Source: Azolla caroliniana (taxonomy: Eukaryota > Plantae > Polypodiophyta). From it: a stretch of 64,000 bases of DNA. Below are positions 35,393-48,100 of the stretch, piece by piece. Each line of letters opens with the position of its first letter. Within the stretch, counting starts at the first letter, position 1. The notes beneath the pieces are model-generated. The model saw only the letters and a list, made by a program, of their open reading frames with translations. It was not told where the DNA came from and did no database searches. A program made the translations under genes and the position numbers. The stretch lies in contig JBHGNT010000018.1 in NCBI GenBank assembly GCA_043228905.1, positions 15,314,001 through 15,378,000 of the forward strand. Reading direction: 5' to 3'.

Positions 35393-38300
35393 TGTAAACG
35401 ATTACTTGCGGAAGCGTTCGAAAACAGAGAAAGTAGAGAATACACAGAGTACACGGGAGAGACAGAGAGAGCAGAACCTCAAAGCTATATTCAAAAAATA
35501 TAAAAACACTCTGTAATTACAACTATGCTCAGTAGCACTATTTATACAAGTCCTCGTGGGACTGACACAGTATCGCGTACTTTAATGCTCACACGAGCTT
35601 CTGACACTTACTACGAGACTATAATTGCCTAGTAGTCTAAACTAATACTAGGCTTCTGGTTACCGATTGGATCCGGCTAACCGGCTCCCCAGCTCACCGG
35701 CTCTATTGCTTGCCGGCTCGGTTGCTCACGGCTTACCGATCCATCTTGCTTGCCGGCTCAGGCTTATCCAGCCGATCCGGCTCCAGTTGAGCTTGCCACT
35801 CAACACTCCCCCTCAAGCTCAACTTGAGATTGGATCCTAGTGTCAGCCTCTGTGGAAGTCGGTTCTTCCAACCAACTTCTTCTGGCCTCGCTCCGCCTTG
35901 CTCGCACTCCTCGTCCAGTCCGGTTCTGTTTGCCGCGACCCCTCTTGTTCTGCGCCCCTCAACCTTCTCGGTCGGTATGTCTGCTCAATAGGCCCCTCTC
36001 AGCTCCTTCGCTACTATGACTCCGGCGCTTATCGATCCGTTGGTTCCTCTGCGATGGCATCGACTTTTGCTGCATCCGTGTCTGCTTGGCCTTTAATTGA
36101 TCTGGTTCTTCCGAATCTGTCTGTTGAACCGAATCGATTGTCTCCGATTCGTTCCAGCTCGTGTCCAAATCGGTTGCTCCCGATTCGTCTTCTGGTTCCA
36201 AGCCCATTACCACATCGGACCATGTCCGGGTCTTGGCCTTCTTCCTTCGGTCGGTTATGTCCTTCTTTACTCTGCCGCCTTCTGTTCTTCCCTCACCAGC
36301 GCAATTGGCAGTCTCTTTGCCTTTGCCCATTCCGGTGTCTCTGCCTGTTCTCCCCCTCAAGTGTGGCACGTCGAGATGCTGAACACCAAGCATGTCGGTA
36401 AAGTGCTGCAACTTGTCCGATCCAAGCGGCTTGGTGAAGATGTCGGCGACTTGCCGATCCGTGTGAACATACCGTAGTTCAACTTCACCGCTCAGGACCC
36501 ACTCACGCACAAAGTGATAATGCACTTCTATGTGCTTCGTGCGAGCATGGAACACAAGGTTCTTGGCAAGCTGCATGCTGCTAATGTTATCACAATAAAT
36601 CGGGATTGGGGTTGGTACCTCGATCCGCAAGTCTCGCAGCAGTCGCCAAAGCCAAATGGCTTCGCAGGTGGCAATGGTAGCGCCCCGGTACTCAGCCTCA
36701 ATGCTTGATAGAGCCACTGTTGGCTGCTTTTTGCTACTCCATGCAACATCTGTGCTCCCTAGGGAGAACATGTAACCGGAAGTGGATCTGCAATCCGACG
36801 TATCGCCGGCCCAGTCGGCATTTGTGTAACCGACTAGCTCAGCATTTATACCTCATCCGTATAACAGTCCCCGGTCCTTCGTGCCACTTACATATCGCAA
36901 TATCCGATGCGCGCACCGAAGGTGCTCCACGGTCGGCTTCTGCATGAACTGACTTATCATTCCGACCAAATAGCTGATGTCAGGTCGTGTGATAGTCAAG
37001 TTAATAAGGCTTCCGACAATTTGTCGGAACCGTTGCTCGTTGCAGGCCGGTCCATAGTTGGGACGAAGCTTCGGGTTCCGATCCAAGGGTGTGGAGACAG
37101 GTCGGCATTTTGTCATGCTGAACTTGTACAGCATATTCAAGACGTAATGTCGTTGTGAGAGTAATATGTCTTCGGGGTTTCGGATCACCTCGATCCTAAG
37201 AAAATAATGAAGGTCCCCCAGGTCCTTCATCTCAAATGCGTCTGACAACTGGGACTTGATGCGGTTGATTTCTGGAACACCCGATCCGGTGATGACTAGA
37301 TCATCAACATACGGCAGTATACATACCGGACCGGCTGAGCCTTGCCTGATGAACAATGAAGAGTACGATTTGGAGGCCACAAACCCCATCTTACGCAACC
37401 GGTGTGTGATCTTCGCATTCCAAGCTCGAGGGACTTGCTTCAGGCCGTACAATGACTTCCTCAGCCGGCATACCGCCGACTTGTTCATCTCCGATGGAAA
37501 GCCGAGGGGCTGAGTCATAAAGACTTCTTCTTCAAGATCACCCTGAAGAAACACATTCTTCACATCCATCTGCAGCAACCGCCAGCACCACACGAACCGT
37601 CGTCATCTTCGCTACCGGAGCGAAGGTCTCGTCGTAGTCGATTCTGTGGGTCTGTGCATATCCCTTCGCCACTAACCGGGCCTTGTACCAGTTAACTGAA
37701 CCGTCAGCGTTGTACTTTATCTTGTACACCCACTTGCATCCAATCGGTTTATAGTGACAGGGAGGGTCAACTAGGTCCCATGTCTCGTTGACATCAAGTG
37801 TCCGCATTTCTTCCTCCATAACGGCACGCCAATTTGCATCCTTTGCCGCTTCTACGTAGCTCTCCGGCTCACGCACTTCCGCCACCTTAGTCATGTACGC
37901 ATAGTGATGCGCCATGTACTCATTGTACCCGTACCGCTTGACGGGATCCTTGTGGCAGGTGGACCGGCATAACTCACCGTTACCCGGTTTAAGGCCTTTC
38001 TTGGCCGGTTCGGTCTTCATTGCCGAAGGTCCGCCTTTCTCCTTGCCAGAGTCGGATGCACACCGATCCGACTCATCGTTGCCGGTTTCGAATTCCAGCA
38101 TCTTCTTCTTCCCCTTCTCTTTGCGCGTGAACCGTCTCCTCGATTCCTTGCGCGGGGAGAGCACGGTAGAGTCTCCACTACTTGTCGGTTCCTCATCGGA
38201 CTGGTTAGATCTCAGTCTCTCGTTCGGCCCGCTCAACCGAAATGATTCCAAACTCTCATCTTGAGTCCACGCCTCATCATCATCTACCTGGGCCGGTTCA

Positions 38301-41130
38301 GGCTCACTGGCCTCATTCTCTGGCATCGGGTCGGATTCGAAAGTCGGAGTCGATAAGGAGTACCACGATGTCGATTCATCGAACTCAACATCTCAACTAA
38401 TTCGGACCTACTTTGTCCGGGGGTTATAACACTTATAACCCTTTTGCTCTTTAGCATAGCCGACTAGGATGCATTTTTCCGATTTTGCATCCAACTTCCT
38501 CCGCTTCTCATCCGGCACATGCACATATGCAATGCTACCAAAGAACTTAAGGTGTCTCAAATTCGGCTTGCGCCCGAAATACAACTCATGAGCTGACACC
38601 TAGTCACCGATCCGGTTCTGGATGTAGACAGCCATTTGGACTGCCTCTACCCAGTAGAATTTGGGCATGCTCTTCTCCTCTAGCATTGCCCTTGCCGCAT
38701 CAATGAGTGACCAGTTCTTCCTCTCGGCAACACCGTTCTACTGCGGTGTGTATCTGCAGCTAAACTCTCGCCGAATTCCCATTTGCTGCAAATAATTGTT
38801 GAATTGGCCGGAAAAGTATTCTTTCCCGCCGTCCGACCCCAGGCATTTGATCTTCCTCTCCGATTCCCGTTCCACCATGCTTTGGAGATTCCGGAAACAC
38901 TCGAAGACTTCGCTCTTCCGCTCAATTAGGTAGATCCATGTGTGCCGCGTATAGTCGTCGATGAAGGAGACAAAATATCGACTCCCGCCAAGACTAACAT
39001 TCTGTGCCGGTCCACACACATCCGAATGGATTAGGTCGAGCTTGTTACTGCTCCGGTTACATTCAGTAGAGAATGGAAGTTGGTGTTGCTTCTCGAGTTG
39101 GCAGGCTTCACATACTTGGGCCTTTTGGCCATTGAACTTCGGCAAACCGAAAACAACTTTTTTCGTTTGCAGGTCTTGAAGCCTCCGGTAATTAACATGG
39201 CCTATCCGCTTGTGCCACAGGTCGATGTCCGATTCGACCTTCTGTCCTTTTGCAAACAGAGTGGTGCCGACGTCGTTGGTGTCGAGGATAAACATCCTCC
39301 TGTCTCTGTGCCCTTGCGCAATAATCTGGCCCTCTTCCTCGATGAAGCACCCAAGGTGCATAAACCGCACCTGCATCCCCTGGTCGACAATCTATCCGAC
39401 CGACACCAGGTTCTTCGTGATTGTCGGAACATGTAATACGTTCATCAGCTTCCCCTTCTGTCTGACGTGGCTCAAAGGGACTTCTCCGACGTGCACGATT
39501 GGGTGAGGAGTGTCGTCTCCGGTTTCAACTACTCTTGGTTGATCCGGTTTCTCCAAGAAGGAGAACCACTCTTTGTGGCTCGTCATGTGGTTCGACGCAC
39601 CAAAGTCAACATACCACACTTCCTCCGATTTGGAAGTGGTCTTCGTCATCGAGTTTGTCTCGTGCTTCATCACCAAGGCTGGCCCGTTTCCGTTCTTGGA
39701 TCATTCCGGATCCTTCGCGTAGTGCGAGCTTTGTCGGCCATCCTTGCCGGCCTTGCCGAATCCGGATTTGTCCGAATCGGCGTGCTTTCTCCAGCACTCG
39801 CTTTCTCTGTGTCCCTTCTTGCCACAGTACCAGCATTCCGTAGCAGATTTGTCTTGTCGGCCTCCGGCACCGCCTTGACTCCCCCTGCCTGTGGAAGTTC
39901 CGGAACTATTGTCGGCACGTTCTCTATGCCTTCGTTCTTGCTCTTGTCGGCCGCCTCCATTGCGTGCCGACCCGCCTCGTCCACCACGCCCATGGGACCG
40001 ATCCGCCTCCGTGTAGAGCATCCGGTTGTCAATGGGTGCGCTAGTTGATGCGCTAGTGTGGTTCTCCTCTACAAGGAGCATCGATTGTAAGTCGAAAAAT
40101 GACGGCGTATTCTCCATTGTTCCAACCGCGGTTCGGACCACTCTGAACTTAGATGCCAGGCCCCCAAGACAAACCTGTACCATCTCATCTTCCTCTACAG
40201 TAACGTTGATAGAGGCAAGCGAGTCACAGATCTCTTTGATCCGGGCTGTGTAATCCGCCACCGACATGTCCTTCTGTCGGACATTGCTCAACTCCTGTCA
40301 GAGTTGCAGCTTCTAGGGCATAATGCTCGCGACGAAAACCTTCTTCAGGTTTCCCCAAGCCTCCTTCGGCGTCTTGGCGTCTCGGATGTGGCTCAGCAGT
40401 TGGTCTCCGACACTGGACGCAAAGCAGTACATCACTCTGCTTGCCGATTGTTCCCACACTGGGAAATCCTTATGTGCCGTATCAGGTGTTGTTTCGTTGG
40501 CTCCTTCGATGAAGCTCCAGTAGCCATGCCCAAGCAGGTACTGGTGCATCTTATACGACCAAGATGCATAGTTGGATCTGTCGAGTTTCTCCACAGGGAG
40601 CGAGCTAGCCATCCCTCTATCCATCACTTCTCTGTCTGTTGTTCTTACGACCTGTTAGGGTTTGCTTTCAAGCGTTTGTCGGCTGCAGAGGTTCTCAAAC
40701 CTCGCGCTCTGATACCATGTAAACGATTACTTGCGGAAGCGTTAGAAAACAGAGAAAGTAGAGAATAAACAGAGTACACGGGAGAGACAGAGAGAGCAGA
40801 ACCTCAAAGCTATATTCAAAAAATATAAAAACACTCTGTAACTACAACTGTGCTCAGTAGCACTATTTATACAAGTCCTCGTGGGACTGACACAAGTACC
40901 GCGTACATTAATGCTCAAATGAGCTTCTGACACTTACTACGAGACTATAATTGCATAGTAGTCTAAACTAATACTAGGCTTCCGGTTACCGATTGGATCC
41001 GGCTAACCGGCTCCCCAGCTCACCGGCTCTGTTGCTTGCCGGCTCGGTTGCTCACGGCTTACCGATCCGTCTCACTTGCCGGCGCAGGCTTATCCAGCCG
41101 ATCCGGCTCCAGTTGAGCTTTCCACTCAAC
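35393..41130 (-). mobile_element. Full-length Copia element D (family B) inserted in C integrase
   Basis: LTRs 35393-35805 and 40718-41130; PBS TGGTATCAGAGC (40706-40717); PPT 35806-35814; TSD CAGCT/TAGCT; the host frame WAEAA|NMVVYLMNR is restored on removal. Confidence 0.95.
35959..40627 (-). pseudogene. D gag-pol polyprotein with stops and frameshifts plus a C-terminal tail
   Basis: KLDRSNYASWSYKM gag, CWYCGKKGHRESEC, WYVDFGASNHMT, LWHKRIGH, SDGGKEY, YVDDL, HARTKHIEVHY. Confidence 0.92.
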
Positions 41131-44100
41131 TAGCTAACATGGTCGTCTATCTCATGAATCGATGTATGACATCCGGCGTGCATGAACTCACGCCGCACGA
41201 GAAGTTTTTCGGAAAGAAGCCAGATCTATCACATGTTCGGATATTCGGCTCCATTGTGTACGTGCACATCCACGACGAGAAGTGACAAAAGCTCGACCCG
41301 AAGTTGGAGAAATGTATCCTCGTAGGATACTCATTGGAGCAAAAGGGGTACAAGTGCTATAACTCCTCAACTCGAAAATCTCAAGTAAGTTAAGACGTTG
41401 TTTTCGACGAGTCCACATCTTGGTACACACCAGAGACAACTTCGACTTCGATTCCGCTCGACCCGAAGATAGAAGCCGAAGATTGGCTCACACGCATGTT
41501 CGAAGAAAGCCCAACTACGATAAGGCTTAGTGGGCCACAAGAGCCCCCAAGCGATCAAAGCACATCTCAGCCAAGTTCGAAGCTGGACAAAGGTAAGGCA
41601 AAAATGCCGGAGTATGAAGATGATCACTTCGACGGCAACGAATCGACCCACTCCCTCGATAGTGAGTTCGAAGGCCTTGAGATCCGGACAAATGGAGCGG
41701 AGAAAGGCATAGTATCCACAAACAAGAAGCTCTGTCGATCCACCTGTGAAAAGAACCTCGTAAGCCGATTCGGCCACAACGATTATATAGCGTATCATTA
41801 CGCCTTTATAATGAAGGTAGCAATAGTACAGGAGCCGGAAACATTTTCCGAATCCGCAATGGACCCCAGATAGGTTGAAGCAATGAATGAGGAGATGCAA
41901 ACACTCTCTTAGAACGAGACATGGGATCTCGTTCCCCACTCACCGCACAAGAAGGCAATTGGTTGCAGATGGATCTACAAGGTGAAGTATAATGCCAACG
42001 GCTCCGTAAACCGTTACAAAGCTCGACTCGTAGCGAAAGGATACGCACAAACACATGGAGTCAACTATGAAGAGACCTTTGCCCCAGTGGCAAAGATGAC
42101 GACGGTGCGGACCGTAATTGCACTCATAGCGGCGAAAGGGTGGCACCTCCACCAGATGGACATCAAGAACTCTTTCCTCGAAGGCGAATTAGAAGAGGTG
42201 AACATGGTACAACCTCCAGGCTTCGAATCGCACACTCATCCGAAACTTGTGTGCTGACGCAAGAAGCCACTCTACGGCCTCAAGCAAGCACCGCGTGCTT
42301 GGCATTCGAAGATTACGCAATATCTTCATCAAATCGGCTTTCCAATGTCAAAATCCAACAACTCCCTCTATGTATGACACGACTCTAGAAGCTTAATTGT
42401 CATCATCCTATACGTGGATGATCTGGTCATTGGAGGTGAAAGTCTAGTCGACATCAACAAGGTCAAGTCCCTCCTCTCCGGAAAATTCGAGATGACGGAC
42501 ATGAAGGAGCTCCATTACTTCCTGGGCATCGAAGTAATTCGGATTCCGAATGGCATTATGATCTCCCAACGGCACTACATCCTCAACTTGTTATACAAGT
42601 TCGGGATGACTCAATGTAAATCTGTGGCAACCCCTCTCAATTGAAACCTTAAATTGGATGCCGACTCCGGCACAGAAGAGTGTGAGCCGACCCAATATCG
42701 TCAACTAATCGAGAGCCTCATCTATCTCACGATCACTCGACCCGACCTTAGTTATCTAGTTGGACTCCTTAGCCAATTCATGCAAACTCCGTGAGATATC
42801 CATTTCAATTGCGCTAAGCGAGTATTACGATACGTGAGCGGCACAATGGATTATAGTGTTCTCTACGCATTGGCCACACCAATACGACTCGAAGGGTACA
42901 CAAATGCGAACTGGGCAGGCTACAAAGTTTATCGATGATCGACCTATGGATTTGTCTTCTCGCTCGGTAGCGGAGCAATTTCGTGGAGTAGCAAGAAGCA
43001 ACCAACCGTAGCTCTTTCGAGTACGGAGGTTGAATACAGGGGCGCAACCGTAGCAACATGTGAAGTCGTATGGCTCAAGAGGATTTTGAGGGATCTGGGC
43101 GTTCCCATCAAGGATTAGACTCCCATTTACTATGACAACATGAGCAGTATATATTTGGCTTGGAACCCGGTGTTCCACGCACGCACAAAGCATATCGAAG
43201 TGCACTATCACTTCATTCGAGAGCGTGTTCAGGCCGAAGATGTCGACCTTCTGCACATCAACACGAATCTTCAGACGGCCGACATCTTCACGAAAGACCT
43301 AAGAGCCGACAAGCTTCGGCAATTCATGTCAGACCTTGGATTGACGATCCCTGACTTACCAAGCTTGAGGGGGAGTACAAGTGAGAATCGGATACCGCCC
43401 GAACCGGGTATGAGCCGAAGCGGACACCAAAGACCGTCCGAACCAGATACGAGCCGAAGCGGACATCAACCGAAAGGAACCGACCCAAGTTGAGCTTGAG
43501 GGGGCGTGTTGAGAATCAAGCTCAACATAGTGCAACGTGTGAACACACCTTTGAGAATCTATGTGCACTCAAAGGTCAAGAGTCATACCACTCTCTACAC
43601 ATTAAACTATGTATCATAGAAAACTAATGAGTTCCATATCCCCATGACTATGAGTCTTCACATTCCCCAAGAGAGAGAGTGGTTGTTGTAAGTTAATGAA
43701 GAGAGAGGGTGACTCTATATAAAGCACCCTCCCCATACTTCATACTAAGTCAGTTGTGACTCCTTATTATGCTACATTTTGTAATTCTTATTCTACTTGT
43801 GAAATATACACCTTCTTGAGTATATTCCTTTTTCTATCTATCTTGTGTTCTCTCATCTCTCCTCTAATTCCTCTCACACATACACATAACACACATCTCT
43901 TCCGCTACACAAGAATCATACCTGATTCTTTACAGTCCCTTTCAAGGGATTCAACACCAGTCATTGACACATCAATCTAGTATTATCGCTTCATTCCATT
44001 TTGTCTCCTTCTTCATCTCTACCTTCATTCTCTTATGTCATTCCTAGCTTCTTAAGTTCCTCATAGCCTTGTCATCCGTGCTCTGTCCTAGTCCGCGCTT

Positions 44101-45126
44101 TGTGTGTCCATGACAGTTTGAATCCCTTCCAATTGGGAGCACCACCCGTCTTCGTCATCGCATTTGCGTCTAGAGTTACCATCATCACCATCCTTGCTTC
44201 CGGAGTTACCTTCATCAACATCCTTGTCTTCAAAGTCATCATTTTCAGCACCTCTTCACCCAACCATCGTCGTCATCAGCACTACTTGTCATCATTTTTA
44301 GGTATCATTTTGCATCACGGTTTTTGTGAGGAGTGCTTTCAATCGCTCACCTTCCTAGTTCCGGTGGGGGTCACAACCGCTCACTTTCCTAGTGAGGATC
44401 GGATCATTGCTCACTTGCACTGCATTTTCGTTATAGTTCAAGTCTCGCTCCACTTTCTGTTGGTGGGGACCGATTTCGATCGCTCACCTTCTACTTTCGG
44501 TGGGGGTCACAACCGCTCACTTTCACAACCGCTCACTTTCCTGGTGGGGATCGCGTGGCTTTCTCACTAGCGCTACCGTTTGTGTCGTGTCTTGAGTCAA
44601 CCTCGACTATTTACCCTCTCATAATAAAAGAAGTCGAGTCAACCGCTTCACTTGCACTCTGTAGATGTTAACGTGCGGAAGTGTTAGATAGAACCAGCTC
44701 AGCCAGATCGCAACAGAGAATAAGATGAAGGTTTAATGGAGAAGCTTAATACACAAAGAATACGCATGGGAGAGACAGAGAGCAGAACATAAACTCCATT
44801 CATAATAACACTCAAAACACTCTATATACACAATGTGCTATGACAACACTATTTATACAAGTCCATAAAAGGACTGACAGAAGTACTATGTACTTCAATG
44901 CTCATACGAGCGACTCACACTAACTACAAGACAATGATTACCTAGTAGTCTAGGCTACTACTAGGCTTCTAGTTCGCACTCGAATCCAGCTCTCCGATCC
45001 GTCTCCCCGATACCATCCAGATACTAATCCGGCTCTGGCTTATTCATCCGATCCGGATTCGGTTGAGCTTGCTCGTTCAACACTCCCCCTAGAGCTCAAC
45101 TTGAGGTTGGACCGTGGTGTTAGTGT

Positions 45127-48100
45127 CTATGGCAGCCGGTCCTTCCACCCGAGTCCTTCTAGCGTCCTCCCGCCTTGCTCCGCTCCTCGTCCAGTCTGGT
45201 TCCACTTCCTGCAACCCGTCTGGTACTGCGCACCTCGACCTCCTCGGTCGGCTTGTCTACTCAACAGGCCCATTTCAACTCCCTCACTACTGCAACTCTG
45301 GCGCTTGTCGACCCGTCGGTTCCTTCGTGTTGGAGTCGACTTCCGTTTAGTTCGTGTCCACTTGGCCTTTAGTTGATCCGGCTTCTCCAAATCCATCAGT
45401 TCAAGCGAATCAGTTGTTTCCGATTCATTCCCGCTCTTGTCCGAGTCGGTGTTCTCCAAATCGTCTTCCGGTTTCAGGCCCTTCACCACATCAGACCATG
45501 TCCGGATCTTGGCCTTCTCCTTTCGGTCGGTGTTGTCCTTCTTGACTCTGCCGCCGCTATCGTTCATTCCGACTTGTTCGGATGTGCCGACTTCTTTCGT
45601 CAACTCGGCTTCCTTATTCCTCTTGTCTCCCCCTTTGTTGGTTCTTCCCTTTCCGGTTCCTTGTCTAGTGCCATTAGCAGTTGCTTTGCCTTTGCCCATG
45701 CCCGTTCTCCCCCTCAAGTGCGGCACGTCGAGATGTTGAACACCAAGCATGTCGGTGAAGTGTTGCAACTTGTCCGATCCAAGTGGTTTGGTGAAGATGT
45801 CGGCAACTTGCCGATCCGTCTAAACATACCGAAATTCGACTTCACCGCTCAGGACCCGCTCATGCACGAAGTGATAATGCACTTCTATGTGCTTTGTTCG
45901 AGCATGGAATACGGGGTTCTTGGCGAGTTGTATATTGCTCATGTTTTCTCAGTAGATTAGGATCGGGGTCAGCACCTCAATCCGGAGATCTCACAGCAGT
46001 CTCTGAATCCAGATGGCTTCACATGTGGCATTGGTAGTGCCCCAATACTCAACCTCAGTGCTCGACAGAGCCACTGTTGGCTGCTTTTTGTTGTGCCACG
46101 CAACAACCACACTACCTAGAGAAAACATGTAATCGGAGGTGGATCGGCGATTCGATGCATCACCAGCCCAGTCGGCATCTGTGTATCCGACTAGAGCTTC
46201 AGTTATACCATGCTAGTATAACAGACCTCAGTCCTTCGTGCCGCTCACATACCGTAATATTCGATGCGCGCACTAAAGGTGCTCAAGGTTTGGCTTCTGC
46301 ATGAATTGGTTGATCACACCGACCGGATAACTGATGTTGGGTCGAGTGATTGTCAAGTATATCAGGTTGTGAGAGCAATATGCCGTCGGGGGTTCGGATC
46401 ACCTCGATCCCAAGGAAATAATGAAGGTCCCCTAGGTCCTTCATCTCAAATGCGTTCGACAATTGGGCCTTGACACGGCGATTTCATTGAGTTCGGGTCT
46501 AGTGATGACTAAATCATCTACATAAAGTAAGATGCAAACCGGACCGTCCGGACCTTGCCAGATGAACAATGATGAGTCGGATTTAGAGGTCAGGGGGGCT
46601 TGTTTCAAACTGTAAAGCAATCTCTTAAGCCGGCACATCGCCAACTTGTTCATCTCCGACTGAAAACCGGGAGGTTGGATCATATAGACCTTGAAGAAAC
46701 ACATTCTTCACGTCGATTTGGTGAAGATGCCACCCCCTTGCCGCAACAACCGCAAGTACCACACGAACCATCGTCATCTTCGCTACCGGAGCAAACATTT
46801 CGTCGTAGTCGATTCCATGCATCTATGCATATCCTTTCACCACTAACCAGGCCTTGTACCGGTTCACCGAACCATCGGCATTGTACTTTACCTTGTACAC
46901 CCATTTGCAACCAATCGGTTTACAATGTCGGGAAGTGTCAACGAGGTCCCATGTGTCAGTGGCATCTGTGAAAGTGTTTTTAGAATTCAAGATATTGAAT
47001 TCTACAAGAATATAAGGTATGGTTTGTTCACATCCGGAGGTCAAGAACACAAACCAAGGTCTTGAGGATAAGTCAAACAAAAAGTGAGACACGTGGAGAA
47101 AAGTAAAAGAAGAAAAAAGCGGGCCACCAAAACACATTCTGAAACGAACGTTCATAACTCATTCGTTTGGAAGCCAAATATCATGTTCAAATATGGGTTG
47201 GAAAGCTTATAAGGAGAGCTATCTATAGGTTTTTAAAGCTCAAAATTGGGAGCTTGGATGAGGGAGATATGATGATTAGAAGATCGTTGTGTCATAGCTA
47301 AGAATAGGAGATGAAAAACTCTAAAAAAAGCATAAAAAAGAAAGCAAGGGAAACTTATCTAGTGGAAGAGAATTTTATATAAAGGAAGAAGAGTAAGGTA
47401 GTGAAGGGGGATTCTCTTTCTTGTGGTGATTTCTTTACAATTCATGTAGTGTTGTTCTTATCAATAGATACTTGTAGTTGTATCTTCTTTCTATCTTCCT
47501 TCTTTCATGATCAATAGATCTTTGTAGTTTTTGATAAATATATATCTTCTTTATCTTTTCTTTCTATCTTCACTCCATCAGCGTCGAGTGCCCGCATTTC
47601 TTCCTCCATAGTGGCACGCCTATTTGCGTCTTATGCCGTTTTTTCGTAGCTCTCCGGTTCACGCACTTCCACCACTTTGGTCATGTACGCATAGTGATGC
47701 GCCATCAACTCATTGTACTCGTACCACGTAACGGGGTTCTTTTGGCGGGATGACCGGCGTAACTTGTCGTTACCCGGTTTGAGGCCTTTCTTGGCCAATT
47801 CGAACTTCCTTTCTGAAGATCCGCCTTCTTCCTTTCCGGAGTCGGATTCGCTCCGATCCAACACAACGTTGCCGGTTTCGTATTCCGGAATCTTCTTCTT
47901 CCCTTTCTCTTTGCGCGTGAACCGTCTCCTCGGTTCCTTGCACGTGGAGAGCACGGTAGAGTCTCCACTACTCGTCGGTTCCTCATCCAACTAGTCATCC
48001 CGACTCAGCCGCTCATTCGATCCACTTAGCCGGAATGAGATCAGACTCTCTTCTAGAGTGACGAGTTCTTCATCTTTTGCTTGGACCTCCACAGGCTCAC

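Larger units (their letters stand above)
34014..43909 (+). mobile_element. Copia element C, interrupted by D; 5' LTR end and gag deleted
   Basis: Related LTRs 34014-~34330 and 43507-43909; PR (WFIDSGASNHMT) and IN at 34430-35392; IN resumes in frame at 41136; RT-RH to 43375. No matching TSD, so the two LTRs may come from different copies. Confidence 0.8.

Noticed and set aside
34009-43914. TSD for Copia C
   Set aside because: Flanks CTTGT and CAAGA do not match, and the left host fragment does not resume on the right.
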